A stretch of DNA of 64,000 nt from Naegleria gruberi (taxonomy: Eukaryota): assembly GCA_000004985.1 (NCBI GenBank), contig GG738866.1; one strand, given 5' to 3'. The notes below the pieces were generated by a model. It was not told the DNA's origin and did no database searches. It saw nothing but the letters and a program-made list of their open reading frames with translations. Each line of letters opens with the position of its first letter. Positions within the stretch are counted from its first letter, which is position 1. The position numbers were made by a program, and so were the translations under genes. Below, piece after piece: positions 31,276-42,047 of the stretch.

Positions 31276-32184
31276 ATGTCTATTTTAATGATTCCATCAG
31301 TAGAAAACGCAACCAGCTCCAATATTAACAAGAAGAATAGTAGTAGTGGTATCTTGTCCAACGATGTTTTAGCCAAGACCATTCCAACTCCAACCAAGGC
31401 AACAACCAATGTTGTTGAAGTTGGACACGCTGCCGTTACTTCCCCTCAACCAATTGCAGACCAATTTGATATTGTTCTCTTCACTCAAGAGTATGTACAA
31501 CAAGTAGCCGTAGCTCTCTCTGTTGTTTTTGCTCAAGAAGAACCTCTCTGTATTGCCACTCGTACCAATCCAATCAACTTTTTCGCCTACTCTCTTGTCT
31601 ATGCACAACAATGTTGTGATGGCAAGTTGAGCATGTTGGCCATTGACAGAAACTCCAAGATGGTTGTTGGATTCCACTTGTGCCATGACTATGAAACCTG
31701 GGTTGAACCTCACAGTGATGATCCTGGTGTTACTGTTCAAGGTGAATTGCTTGAACGTTTGCATGAAGTTTTTCATGCTAACGAAAAGGCTATTCAAGAA
31801 GAACCAGAATCACCATTCGAATCTCATGGTTCCCCTCGTACTTCATTCGATGGCATCAAAAGCGGCGAAAAGAAGAAGAAGACTATGAAAGTCTGTAGTG
31901 CTGGTGTCTTTGCCTTTGCTCGTAGAATGAGATTGGCTACCAGAATGCTCGAGAAGAACCTCGAATATGCCAAACAACTTGGATACAACGAAGTCCTTGT
32001 TGAATGTACTGGTGCCTACTCTCAACAACTCTACAAGAGTTATGGCTTTAATGAAAAGGCTAGAATCTACTACAATGAATATGAAGTGGAGGTACTCGCC
32101 GAGGATAAGAAGGTAAAGGTCAAACCATTTATTACCATTCCAAAGCCTCACGAGTTTATCAACTTGTCCATTTTGGACTTGTAG
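31276..32184 (+). CDS. GNAT-family N-acetyltransferase (arylalkylamine-N-acetyltransferase-like).
   Basis: ATG is at 31276; the track start at 31270 is TTG. Acetyl-CoA-binding motif A is FARRMRLATRMLEKNLEYAKQLGYNEVLVECTG, followed by motif B YKSYGF. Confidence 0.7.
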   Translation: MSILMIPSVENATSSNINKKNSSSGILSNDVLAKTIPTPTKATTNVVEVGHAAVTSPQPIADQFDIVLFTQEYVQQVAVALSVVFAQEEPLCIATRTNPINFFAYSLVYAQQCCDGKLSMLAIDRNSKMVVGFHLCHDYETWVEPHSDDPGVTVQGELLERLHEVFHANEKAIQEEPESPFESHGSPRTSFDGIKSGEKKKKTMKVCSAGVFAFARRMRLATRMLEKNLEYAKQLGYNEVLVECTGAYSQQLYKSYGFNEKARIYYNEYEVEVLAEDKKVKVKPFITIPKPHEFINLSILDL

Positions 32185-32427
32185 ATTAAGGAATTATTGG
32201 GATGAGTTTTATTTTATGGTGGCAGTGGTTCATTTATATATTATGCATATTTACTTGTAGTAGTGTTGCTCACTTTACTTGTCAAGCTCCAAAACTTTAT
32301 ATTGGCAAATAGTGGTGATACTGCTTCAACTGTACTATATTTACAAGTTTGGTTTGTTTTGGGAGTGGAACATTTAATAGTTCTTCCTCTTCCTTGACAA
32401 ACCTATATGCTAACATCCATCAAATCT

Positions 32428-32637
32428 CTAACCAAAAACCAGAGGCACATTGTTTAATCTCATCTCAAGCGGCGTTGACACAATACTTGTTTTGAGATTG
32501 ATTCTGGTTTCTCCACGCCCACCAACCAATTTACTTAACACATTTGTATAACACCCTTTGCAAGTTTGTATGTGATTGTTGTCTGACAACGTTTTGCCAG
32601 CATACTCACTTGTACGGAATATTGGTCTCATCACCAC
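32428..32637 (-). CDS. Small hypothetical ORF, 69 aa, possibly with an internal GTGAGT intron.
   Basis: ATG-initiated and sits in the 650 bp interval between the GNAT gene and the TPR gene. No recognisable motif. Weak support. Confidence 0.2.
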   Translation of the reverse strand: MVMRPIFRTSEYAGKTLSDNNHIQTCKGCYTNVLSKLVGGRGETRINLKTSIVSTPLEMRLNNVPLVFG

Positions 32638-32840
32638 CCTTAAACCTTCACTGCAGATATTAGTTATAACTAATCTCTGAAATTTATATACATTTATATA
32701 CCCCTTAATAAATTTATTTTATATTAAATCTTTCTCAATTTATGACATTTGGCAGATCACTTGTGATTATCATTGACATTATCTTTTGATATCGGAATTG
32801 TTGTAACAGTATCAATTCCGATAACCAAGCTTTCAAAAAA

Positions 32841-35780
32841 ATGTCTCAACCAGAGCAAGCACAAAAATTTAAAGAAGAAGGAAATCAATTTTTCAAATTG
32901 AAAAAGTATGATCGAGCCATTGAATTATATTCAAAATGTATAGAATTAGATCCGAACAATTCCATCTATTATTCCAACAGAAGTGCCTGCTATCAGAATA
33001 TTGCCGATTATCGATCCATGATTCGTGATGCAGAACAAACCATAAAATTGGATCCGAAATTCAGTAAAGGTTATTTCAGACTTTCGAAAGGTTTGATGGA
33101 ATTGAATCGTTTCGGAAAAGCCTATCAAGTATTAGCAGATGCTCTCAATAATCAACAATTAAATCAATCAAAGGAAGAGAGATCAACTTTTGAATCGGAA
33201 TTGAACAAGTGCATTCAGAAATTACAGGATGAACAGGCACTGTTGGAAAAAACTCAGGAATTGATTAATCCCTTCTCGAATATGAATTCATCATCATCAG
33301 TGATGAGGAGAATTGAAATGGAAATGAGAAGGGAATTTTATTTAAATCATTTCGTAAGGAAGGAACACAAGATTGTCATTATTGAAAAATTGGATGATTT
33401 ATTGAAGGCAATGAAGAGTGTTGTGAAAAGAGTTGGAAATTTGGATCAATTGAAACAAGCAAATGATAGCACTGTAACTGAAAAGGATGGAAAGATCATG
33501 TTGGGTGAAAAGGAGCAAGATTTAATCAATGAGGAATATAAGAATAGAGCCCTTCCAACAAGTTGCTTAAATTGGAGATATCAAGTGCAACACATTGAAC
33601 CAATCATGAAGGAATTGGAAGAGATGGGAATTGGATTCTTGGAAATTTGTGCTGTCATTTTGGTTTTCTTTGCGAGACCAGAAATTTCCTACACCTTGCT
33701 GAAGAGAATGTTAAAGAGTGATACTTCCCTTCAATCGAATGAGAGTAAGGTTCATGCCTATGTACTTCTCGCTCAGTCTCATCTCTTCTGGAAGGGAGTC
33801 CCAAGAAGGGATATTGGCCTCTCATCAAATGATAACAGGCCATTGCAATATTTGAGAAGTGCACTCTCCTTGTTGGAAAAGGTTGACAAGAAGAATTACA
33901 ACTCCACTGTGAATCATATCCTCGTTTGGACCTATATCAACTTGATTCAACAATGCTGTCTACCTGGTGATGAGACAAGAATCTCTGTGGAGGATTTAGA
34001 ACATTTGATGAATGATTTTTATCAGATTCTTTTCATTTTGGACAGCTCAGAATTGTCAGAGTTTTCTCACATGAATGCTCTCTGTCAGGATGGAATTAGA
34101 TTTTGGTTTGCTCATTTACAAAGTCAACTAGGAGCTTTTGATCAGTTCCAAAGAGTTTCTCTTCTTCCTGATCATGAGGTTGTTTCATTGGTAGAGAAAA
34201 TGTTCAATGAATTCCACTCTGCCAACTTGCCCCTCCCAAAGCAATGCCTGAACAAGTTCTTTTTGCATGCCTTGTCAGAGAGTTTACTCATGAGAAACAA
34301 TTTGGAAGGATTTTTGAGGAATATTCGATTAGGTTTATTGTCAATTGCAGAGATGAATCGAACAAGAGAAAAGAAGAATTCATCATTCCTCGAGCCAAGT
34401 ATGCACTCTTTACACTATGCACTTGCTCTTCAATGTTTCCACAATAGATATGCTTTTAGAAAGACTGATAATGAGAGGAATTTATTGAAGAATTGCATTG
34501 AAAGATTTGATGAAATTGTTCATGCCTATGATTTCTCCAACTCTAAAAAGTTGAATTTGTTGGAAAATTTGGAGTTGCACGATTTATTGGTAGTGATTAG
34601 CATGTATGGATCTGATTATTTGTGTGAATCATTCACTCATTTCTGCACCATTACTCATTTACATCATCGTGATTATCCATATTTATTGACAAGATTATTG
34701 ATTCAAACTGTAAGAATACCAAAAAAGATCAAATCCATTCATCAATTGAATGAAGGAGGAATTTTATCTGATTATTATGAAAAGTCTTTATCAATTATTT
34801 CTAATGAAGATTCTCTGGTAAAGAGCAATAATATTATAACATCTACTCTAAAGATTAATAAGGAAATTGAGTGGATAAATAACAATGAGTATTGGTCCCA
34901 AGGATTCGATCAGGAGAATGTAAAAGTATTATTAATTAAGGATGCAATTGATTTGGGAGATTTAAAGAAATATACTCACAAATATCAATCATGTTTATTG
35001 ACAGCTATGGAAACGAGTTCTGATTTTCATTTTGCATTCTTGAAGGAGGTGCTAAAAAGTGAAGTTAACTTGCTGAGAGCAAACACTGATTCATCAACAA
35101 TTTTGGAAAAATTGACAGGAAGCGTCTTTGATGTTTTGGAAACAAATACTCACCTATTCAAGCAAGAAAAGACACTCCAAGATTTGATACAACACAACGT
35201 GAGAGAAGGTGCCATTGTAAAGCTTTCACTTCCATCTCAATATTTGGCCAAGTTTCTAAAGTCGGTGAGAAACTTTTTGATTCAATCTTTAGCAATAGAT
35301 ATCTTTGAAAGGGATGAATTTGATAATATTCCAAAATTGAAGAGAGCTCCAACTAAGGATGAACTAATAAGAGCAAGAGAATTGCTTTCTCTTCATCCTT
35401 CACCGTTTGCTGAGCAATTTTCAAAATTGGCAGAATTTTATAATTTGAATTCATTTGCTGATTTGATATTTTCACCATTGGGGAATGATTTGGATGAGAA
35501 TAATAGGAATGGATTTTCTTTTGAGAAAATGGCTCAATATGTGGAAAAGACTCTTGGATTGAGAATTATTTCACTCTCAACCTCTTTAATGCCATTCCAA
35601 GGCATTCTTCAGGAATACATTGAAGAAACAAAGGATATCAAGTTGAGAGATTGGAAAGCAATGGATTTATTTGCAAAATCAAATAGTGCATATTTCACAT
35701 CTCCACTTTATGTTTTATGTGAAAAGCCAGTCAAGAAGGTTGATATTTCATTGATAAGAAGAAAGATCCACTTGGCTTGA
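32841..35780 (+). CDS. Protein with three N-terminal TPRs, 979 aa, followed by a long helical-repeat body. Architecture compatible with the UNC-45/Cro1/She4 (UCS) myosin-chaperone family.
   Basis: The N-terminus KFKEEGNQFFKLKKYDRAIELYSKCIELDPNNSIYYSNRSACYQNI...KLDPKFSKGYFRLSKGL is a three-TPR Hsp90/Hsp70-binding-type module. There is no phosphatase, J-domain or PPIase motif downstream. An 850 aa alpha-helical remainder of this length is what UNC-45 has, but the UCS assignment is inference only. Confidence 0.75.
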   Translation: MSQPEQAQKFKEEGNQFFKLKKYDRAIELYSKCIELDPNNSIYYSNRSACYQNIADYRSMIRDAEQTIKLDPKFSKGYFRLSKGLMELNRFGKAYQVLADALNNQQLNQSKEERSTFESELNKCIQKLQDEQALLEKTQELINPFSNMNSSSSVMRRIEMEMRREFYLNHFVRKEHKIVIIEKLDDLLKAMKSVVKRVGNLDQLKQANDSTVTEKDGKIMLGEKEQDLINEEYKNRALPTSCLNWRYQVQHIEPIMKELEEMGIGFLEICAVILVFFARPEISYTLLKRMLKSDTSLQSNESKVHAYVLLAQSHLFWKGVPRRDIGLSSNDNRPLQYLRSALSLLEKVDKKNYNSTVNHILVWTYINLIQQCCLPGDETRISVEDLEHLMNDFYQILFILDSSELSEFSHMNALCQDGIRFWFAHLQSQLGAFDQFQRVSLLPDHEVVSLVEKMFNEFHSANLPLPKQCLNKFFLHALSESLLMRNNLEGFLRNIRLGLLSIAEMNRTREKKNSSFLEPSMHSLHYALALQCFHNRYAFRKTDNERNLLKNCIERFDEIVHAYDFSNSKKLNLLENLELHDLLVVISMYGSDYLCESFTHFCTITHLHHRDYPYLLTRLLIQTVRIPKKIKSIHQLNEGGILSDYYEKSLSIISNEDSLVKSNNIITSTLKINKEIEWINNNEYWSQGFDQENVKVLLIKDAIDLGDLKKYTHKYQSCLLTAMETSSDFHFAFLKEVLKSEVNLLRANTDSSTILEKLTGSVFDVLETNTHLFKQEKTLQDLIQHNVREGAIVKLSLPSQYLAKFLKSVRNFLIQSLAIDIFERDEFDNIPKLKRAPTKDELIRARELLSLHPSPFAEQFSKLAEFYNLNSFADLIFSPLGNDLDENNRNGFSFEKMAQYVEKTLGLRIISLSTSLMPFQGILQEYIEETKDIKLRDWKAMDLFAKSNSAYFTSPLYVLCEKPVKKVDISLIRRKIHLA

Positions 35781-35826
35781 AGAAGTATCTACACAAATTT
35801 TCAAATAAATAAAATTTACAATGAGT

Positions 35827-37662
35827 TTATCTACGAGTACAAATGAGTTGACCTCTTGGATGTAAACCTTCTTCTTCCAAAGTCTTGTTAATATTAGCTG
35901 ATGTGAGGGAGTATGTTTTTGGTGGAACACCTGGGCAATTGAATGAGAAAGTAGAATCCTTAACCAATGTGGCAATGTGAGCATGGACAGCCTTAATGGT
36001 ATCAGTTGGTTTGAATTTGGCAGTTATGGTTGTACCATCCAAAAGACGAACTCTGATGGCACTTTCTTGTGGTTGGGCAGGAGTTTGAGTGGTAGTTGGA
36101 GTGCTAGTGGCTGAGGATGAACCTTCAGAGCTAGTTGGAGTGGTGTCACGAGCGAGGAAGGCCTTCAAACCCATTCTTTGCAAATCAGTGAGATCCTTTT
36201 CGGCTTGACGAAGTTCTTCAGCCTTACCTTCTTGTCTGAATCTGTCCATCTTTCTTCTAATTTTATCTTCTTCGAGCAATTGTTTCATTCTGAGTTTTTC
36301 CTTCTTTTCGTCTTGCTTTTCCTTCTTGAATAATTCCAAATCTCTCTTCTTTTGATCTTCCTTGAGCTTTTCCATAGTTTCCATGGCCAATTTACCTTGT
36401 TCTCTACGTTTTAATTCTCTTTCCCTTTGTGATTTCTTTTCCTCTTCTTCCATCTTTCTCTTATTTTCCATTCTCTTTTGTTTGAGAAGTTCCTTCATTT
36501 CTTCAGCACGTTTCTTCTTATCTTCTTCAGTTTCAACAGTGAATTGAATCATTTCATCAATATCAGGATCTTCTTGATGTTCAAGCAACCATTCAATACA
36601 TCCTTCCTTTGAAGGTGGTTGTGGTGAATTCAAGAGAGCCTTCATTGATCTCAATTTAGAAAATTCCATTTCCATAAGTTCCTTAAGAATGTTAGCATCA
36701 ACAACTTTTTCAATTTCAGCCATAACTTGTTCATCAGAAACAGTTGTATCTACAGCTTTGGTTTCAGAGCTTGATGATTCTGTGGTGGTTGATGATGGTG
36801 TAGTTGTGGAGGATGAAGAATCAGTCTTTTTAGCATCAGTAGATGGCTTTGTTGTGGCCTTCTTTAACTTGTTTTGCAACAAGGACAATTCAATAGCCTT
36901 ACGAGTTTCGTCATCCAATTCATCAATTTCATCTTCCATAGCATCAACCTTTCTTACTGGTCTATGTTCATCAGCCCATGGATTTTTATAGACTTGACCT
37001 GCCAATCCTGATGAAGTTGTTGTATCAGAACTACTACTACTACTGGTTGCTCCCAAACTTCTACCACCTCCTTGGAAGGCTTGGAATGAATCTCCATATT
37101 CGTTAATCAATTTTTCTACTTTTTGAATATCAGCTCCGACTACAGATGTGAGCTTTGTATTATTCTTATAAAAGACAAATGTTGGCATTGCTCTAACTTC
37201 TTCCTTTGAGGAAATTGCATTATGTTTATCAACATCAACTTTGAGGAAGACAACGTTTGAATATTTAGAGGCAAGTGCTTCATAATGTGGTTTAATCATT
37301 TGACATGGTCTATATTATTATCATCATTAAATCATATGAATGATTTTGTATATTATTATTATTTCAATCAATGAAAATACAAGATATACATTGTGATCAC
37401 AAAATTAAATCATCGTCATTACATAACCAATTATAATTATCATCATCCGAATATTATTATTATTAAACCAATGATTAATATAAATTATTAATTAGTTAAT
37501 ATATTAATGATCACACAACAATCTCTACCCGATCAAAATCCAACATCACACAACTTACCCACACCATTCAGCATAAAAATCAGCAACCACCAACTTTCCA
37601 GTGCTATTACGGAGGTAACCTCTGAATTCCTCTTCAGAATTAATGTGTTTAACCTTGGACAT
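35827..37662 (-). CDS. Thioredoxin-domain plus UBX-domain protein, two exons: join(37559..37662, 35827..37309), with S/T-rich linkers, a UIM-like [19 protein letters not shown] segment and a K/E-rich coiled-coil.
   Basis: Exon 1, read by hand, is [35 protein letters not shown] with a GTAAGT donor. A 249 bp intron (37310..37558) ends in AG. Exon 2 begins [12 protein letters not shown]..., so the thioredoxin active site WCGPC is reconstituted across the splice junction. The C-terminus [27 protein letters not shown]...[14 protein letters not shown]...[13 protein letters not shown] is a UBX/ubiquitin-like fold. Confidence 0.8.
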
Positions 37663-38169
37663 TTTTGATCAACAACAAACAAAAAAAAACCTTTTTTTTT
37701 AAATTTACTTTGGAATTGTGAGGTTATTTTTAGATTTAAAGTTTGTTTGAACTTGGAAATTGTAAACTTTGTTTAATATTATTATTTTTATTCATTTAAC
37801 AAGTTGAATAATATGCAAAATTGATTAAGGGAGCGGAATATCACCATTACATTGAACATGATAAAACTATTCTTTTTCCAAGAAAAATTTGAGAAATTTG
37901 TTAAAAGTTGGATGAGTTCAAAAGAGGTTAGGAAAATAGGCGCGCATTTCACTTTACAGTTTTGATTAGAGTAGAGTCAAGACATGATTGTGAACCAATC
38001 TCAGTAATTTGAGGAAGGAACTTCAACACTTTCTGTAGTTTGAAACGTAGCAAGTTTTCACATAAGGTTTCGAATATACAATTGTGGAAGGTAAAACAGA
38101 AATGAGTAAAAAGAAAGAGGTGGAGAAACGGAATCACTCTACAACTAATCAAATGCTAATGTGTCTGTT

Positions 38170-38585
38170 CTCATTGTTGTACAGCACGTTTACTTCAAGT
38201 TTGACAAGATTTGGGGAAATTAAAATTGTTTTTTTTAAAATTTAAAGTATTTCATCTTTCAATTTTGATTTGGCAAGTAAACTCAACTCCATTTGAAAAG
38301 AATCTGTAACGATAATATTTTATTCAACAAAATGCTAATTTCTCGATGGAATTAAGGTAGTTTTGAAATCTGACTTCAAATTATGAATCCTCGCATTGAC
38401 ATACCCCTTGGGGTGGCAGCATTCTCAAAAATATGTAGAAATGAGTAAGAACGAGTGGTTAGGTGTTGTTCTATTGAAATGCTTATTTTGGATTTGACAG
38501 CAGAAGAACAACAAAATTTTTTCTAAATAATTTATTTTCTTTCAAAAAACGCGTCAAATTTGAAGTAAACGTGCTGTATCATCTG
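38170..38585. repeat. Inverted-repeat pair (24 of 25 bp) about 390 bp apart. Possible MITE-like non-autonomous element.
   Basis: At 38173..38199: GTACAGCACGTTTACTTCAAGTTTGAC. At 38557..38583: GTCAAATTTGAAGTAAACGTGCTGTAT. These are reverse complements with one mismatch. The interior is AT-rich and non-coding. Confidence 0.35.
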
Positions 38586-38802
38586 AAAATGATTATTGTA
38601 CGAGAATCGAATAATGTTAAAAATATGTTGAAACGTGATAGATCGAACATTTCAGGGCCAAACTCCATATTTCCAAATGAGTAGCAAATGTGAAACCACA
38701 ACATCAAGTTAATACATTGGAGTTCCTTCCTTAAATTACTGAGATGCGCCAATTCTGTCAAAGTTGTACAATTAATAAGTCACAAATCAAAACCAATTTT
38801 GG

Positions 38803-39432
38803 ATGCCATTTAAGGAAACTTTAAAAACCAAAGAAATGTGTCAGCTCATGGCGTCAAGGCTTGTGAAATGGTTCATGCCTACCGCCAACTATCATGTTCG
38901 AAAAACAATCAAAAAAAACACAATGATGAACAACTCTAACATCAAGGAATTACATTTTAATAATCAAGAAACAAGCCTTGTTTCGAATGAAAAGATGATC
39001 AGCTCACCATTATCAGAAGAAACATGCTGTACTAACGAACCAGAGAGGGTTTGGATTCATTTCGGTCACATTCCACATGTTTCGAATAGTTTACAACCAA
39101 CAAGCCTTGAGCAAATGAAATCAACTCTTCACCAACCTAAAGTGATGATTGAGAAACAGAGAAAAACAGAAAGACTCCTTCAGGATAGAATCACAGGTAA
39201 ATTATTCTATCAATCAACCGAATCTCATTCGAAATCTCTCAAACAACCTCTGTTTATCCCATCTCAATTCAACGATTCTGAAAGAAAGCCTCCTTCGATC
39301 AAGGAAGAACGTAGAAGAGCCAAAGAGAGGTCTCAAAAAGCCTTGTTAGAAAGCATTCGAAACCAGCCTATTTCACTTCCAACATCCTATTCCATCGTGA
39401 GAAGAGTACTTAACTTCGATGATGAGGAATAA
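38803..39432 (+). CDS. Hypothetical low-complexity protein, 209 aa, founder copy of the local repeat family.
   Basis: ATG-initiated ORF. Its 3' half plus downstream flank is the template for the two degenerate copies at 40055..40570 and 41590..41982. Confidence 0.4.
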   Translation: MPFKETLKTKEMCQLMASRLVKWFMPTANYHVRKTIKKNTMMNNSNIKELHFNNQETSLVSNEKMISSPLSEETCCTNEPERVWIHFGHIPHVSNSLQPTSLEQMKSTLHQPKVMIEKQRKTERLLQDRITGKLFYQSTESHSKSLKQPLFIPSQFNDSERKPPSIKEERRRAKERSQKALLESIRNQPISLPTSYSIVRRVLNFDDEE

Positions 39433-39720
39433 TCAAAATGTCCACCCAAATATCACCAAACGTTCTACGTTCCCTCCAAATAATGGCCTTATATAATAAA
39501 CTTCAATTGTAATCTCAAAAATTTCAGATCTCCTTCCTGTTTCAAGAAAATCTTTTAAAGGAATTTTTGAAGGAGATTTATTTGGTACAAAACTTCCATT
39601 ACTCCAAGCAATTATTAATTGTTGCAAAAAATTGACCTTATTTATCAGAAATGCCCGAGATCATTTTCTCCATTCTGTCACCTTGAAAAAATTGCATATG
39701 AACAAAAGTTCATTCTCGAA
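39047..39720 (+). repeat. Local tandem repeat family, copy A (intact, overlaps the 3' half of gene 38803..39432 and its 3' flank).
   Basis: Aligns by eye with 40055..40570 (offset 1010 bp) and 41590..41982. The shared blocks are CCACATGTTTCGAATA.TTTACA.CCAA.AAGCCTTGAGCA, GATGATTGA.AAACAGAGAAAAAC.GAAAGACTCCTTCA.GATAGA, CAAACGTTCTACGTTCC and GACCTTATTTATCA.AAATGCC. Confidence 0.6.
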
Positions 39721-40054
39721 TTACCAATTCTAAACTTTGAAACTTTAATGGTTTCGAATAATACAACGACTCCAACCACGATTGTATTTGCTCATTTCCT
39801 TATTCTATTTGATCTTTGATGAAAATCGTTTAGGCGAATCATATTATTAAAATGTCATTTTCATGCATGCTTAATATTTTCGAAATGGTCAATAAACTAC
39901 GATATTCGAAATGTAAAGTGACTAGGATAACTAACTTAACTATTACCTTTTTACATTTGTGAAAGATTGAAAAATTCTCATAAAAGTTTCGAATAGATGT
40001 TATATATACCAACAACATCTCTGCTACTCATACGACATGTCATGCATCCAAAAT

Positions 40055-40570
40055 AATACACCATTTAGTCCAGAGACACTTTCCACATGTTTCGAATAAT
40101 TTACATCCAAAAAGCCTTGAGCATGAATTAACTCTGCAACACCTAAAATTATGATGATTGAAAAACAGAGAAAAACTGAAAGACTCCTTCAAGATAGAAT
40201 CACACACAGAGTCTTTCAACATCCTATTCCAACACGAGAAGAGTGCTAAACTTTGCTGACGATGAATAATCAAAAATCACACAAATATCATCAAACGTTC
40301 TACGTTCCATGCCAACACCATAATAAATTTCATAAAATCTCAAAAGTCGTTCCAAATAATTCTATAAAAGGATTTATTGAAAGAATGTCCAAGCAATTTG
40401 ACATACTTGGTCCTCTTCAATTACCTTATAAAAATGACCTTATTTATCACAAATGCCGATCATATTCTCCTTCCATCAACCACAGCTGTCTCCATGAAAA
40501 TTGTTGATTAAAATAATCAAACAGACCCTTAATTGGAAGATCATCATGTTGCATCTCAGTTAGGGTTCTT
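40055..40570 (+). repeat. Local tandem repeat family, copy B (degenerate, with a roughly 190 bp internal deletion and frame disruptions; pseudogene-like).
   Basis: It has the same blocks as copy A but lacks the segment GTAAATTATTC...CACTTCCA, and stops interrupt the reading frame. Confidence 0.6.
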
Positions 40571-40743
40571 TTTGAGATGCAATTCTCTGATTGAGACGCT
40601 AACCCTGGTAAGACTGTGTAGTCTGATTGTGTGGGGTACTTATGTAAAATGGAGTTCAATACTTGTTGAAGAAAATTTTTGAAACAATTTTTCACAACAT
40701 TCAAGAGTTAAACAAATAAACAACAAACAAGTTGAGTTATCTG

Positions 40744-41217
40744 ATGGAAAGTTCAAGAAGAATGGGTGGTGGCTCATCTGGAGAGGTTGCAATCATGATG
40801 GAAGAATCAGAAATGTTAAAGGAAAGAGATCAGGAAGGCTTGGAAAGGTATTGTAGAATAGTTTCGAATACATGTGGAGATTATCCTTTGGCATGTTGGA
40901 GTGGAAGGCTTCCCTTTTTTACTTCTATTGATGAGAGTGTGCATAACACGAATCATTGGGATGATCTTTTCAATCAATACTATTCAACTCAACATGTATT
41001 CGAAACATGTCAGGACGAATTGAAACTTTCCACTTTGAAAAGAAAGAGAAGAGTGAAAGAGCCTTCTTTGAGTGCAACACATGAAGAACCTATTGACAAC
41101 GAGGAACAAGATGAATTAGTACAGCTGAATGAAGAGGATTCATTCTCTGGACGAAACATTAAAAAGACGAAACGTTTACATGCATGCTCTTCATTATCAG
41201 AGCAGAAGGAAGAATAA
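40744..41217 (+). CDS. Hypothetical protein, 157 aa, lying between repeat copies B and C.
   Basis: ATG is at 40744; the track start at 40732 is TTG. No motif. It contains two in-frame instances of the locally enriched GTTTCGAATA motif, one on each strand. Confidence 0.3.
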   Translation: MESSRRMGGGSSGEVAIMMEESEMLKERDQEGLERYCRIVSNTCGDYPLACWSGRLPFFTSIDESVHNTNHWDDLFNQYYSTQHVFETCQDELKLSTLKRKRRVKEPSLSATHEEPIDNEEQDELVQLNEEDSFSGRNIKKTKRLHACSSLSEQKEE

Positions 41218-41589
41218 ACATCAAAATTATATTCACCCATAAACATGTTCATTCAATATAAAGAAAGAATTCGTTTTTTTATAGTTTTGTTTTTGTTGAT
41301 CAGAATAATGTGAATGAATTGTTTGAAACTTGGACATGTAGTGATGGTAACGAATGGTATCTGTAAACTCTAGAATAGGTTTCCTGAGAATATCATCCAT
41401 TTCGAATAGCATCTCTCCAATATTTCACTTCCCAACAACATCTTTCAATCTCTGAAACGATGCAGTAGTTTCAAATGATATCCCTGCTAAGATTGAAAAA
41501 CTTGATAATCACACTATCTTAGTCACGGTTAATATTTCATATTAATTGCTTGGATGATATTGGGGATTCCAATAACACTGAGCTTACAT

Positions 41590-41982
41590 CGAAAAAGCGT
41601 TGAACAAATGAATTAACTCTGCAATACCTAAAGTGATTATTGAAAAACAGAGAAAAACTGAAAGACTCCTTCAAGATAGATAAAATCACACAAATATCAT
41701 CAAACGTTCTACGTTACATGCCAACACCACAAAAAATTTCATAAAATCTCAAAAATTCAGGTCTCTTTCCTCTTGTTCCAAATAATTCTATAAAAGGATT
41801 TATTGAAAGAATGTCCAAGCAATTTGACATACTTGGTCCTCTTCACTTACCTAATAAAAATGACCTTATTTATCACAAATGCCGATCATATTCTCCTTCC
41901 ATCAACCACAGCCTAAAAAACCCATGAAAATTGTTGATTAAAAAAATCTAACAGACCCTTAATGGAAGAGCATCATGTGCTC
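41590..41982 (+). repeat. Local tandem repeat family, copy C (degenerate, larger internal deletion, truncated by the 50 nt gap).
   Basis: It is closest to copy B, sharing AATTAACTCTGCAA.ACCTAAA and the whole 3' flank TCTATAAAAGGATTTATTGAAAGAATGTCCAAGCAATTTGACATACTTGGTCCTCTTCA.TTACCT.ATAAAAATGACCTTATTTATCACAAATGCCGATCATATTCTCCTTCCATCAACCACAGC. Confidence 0.6.
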
Positions 41983-42032
41983 NNNNNNNNNNNNNNNNNN
42001 NNNNNNNNNNNNNNNNNNNNNNNNNNNNNNNN
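41983..42032. other. Assembly gap: 50 N, conventional unknown-size scaffold gap.
   Basis: Run of exactly 50 N. Confidence 0.95.
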
Positions 42033-42047
42033 TAATAATAGGAGAAA

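Noticed and set aside
39433-39627. 64 aa minus-strand ORF inside repeat copy A.
   Set aside because: It is antisense to the repeat unit, has no motif, and is not conserved in copies B and C.
23-40732. Track ORF starts at 23, 2256, 10252, 16749, 31270 and 40732.
   Set aside because: These begin at TTG or other non-ATG codons. They were replaced by the first in-frame ATG, or for the kinase by the window edge, after reading the sequence.
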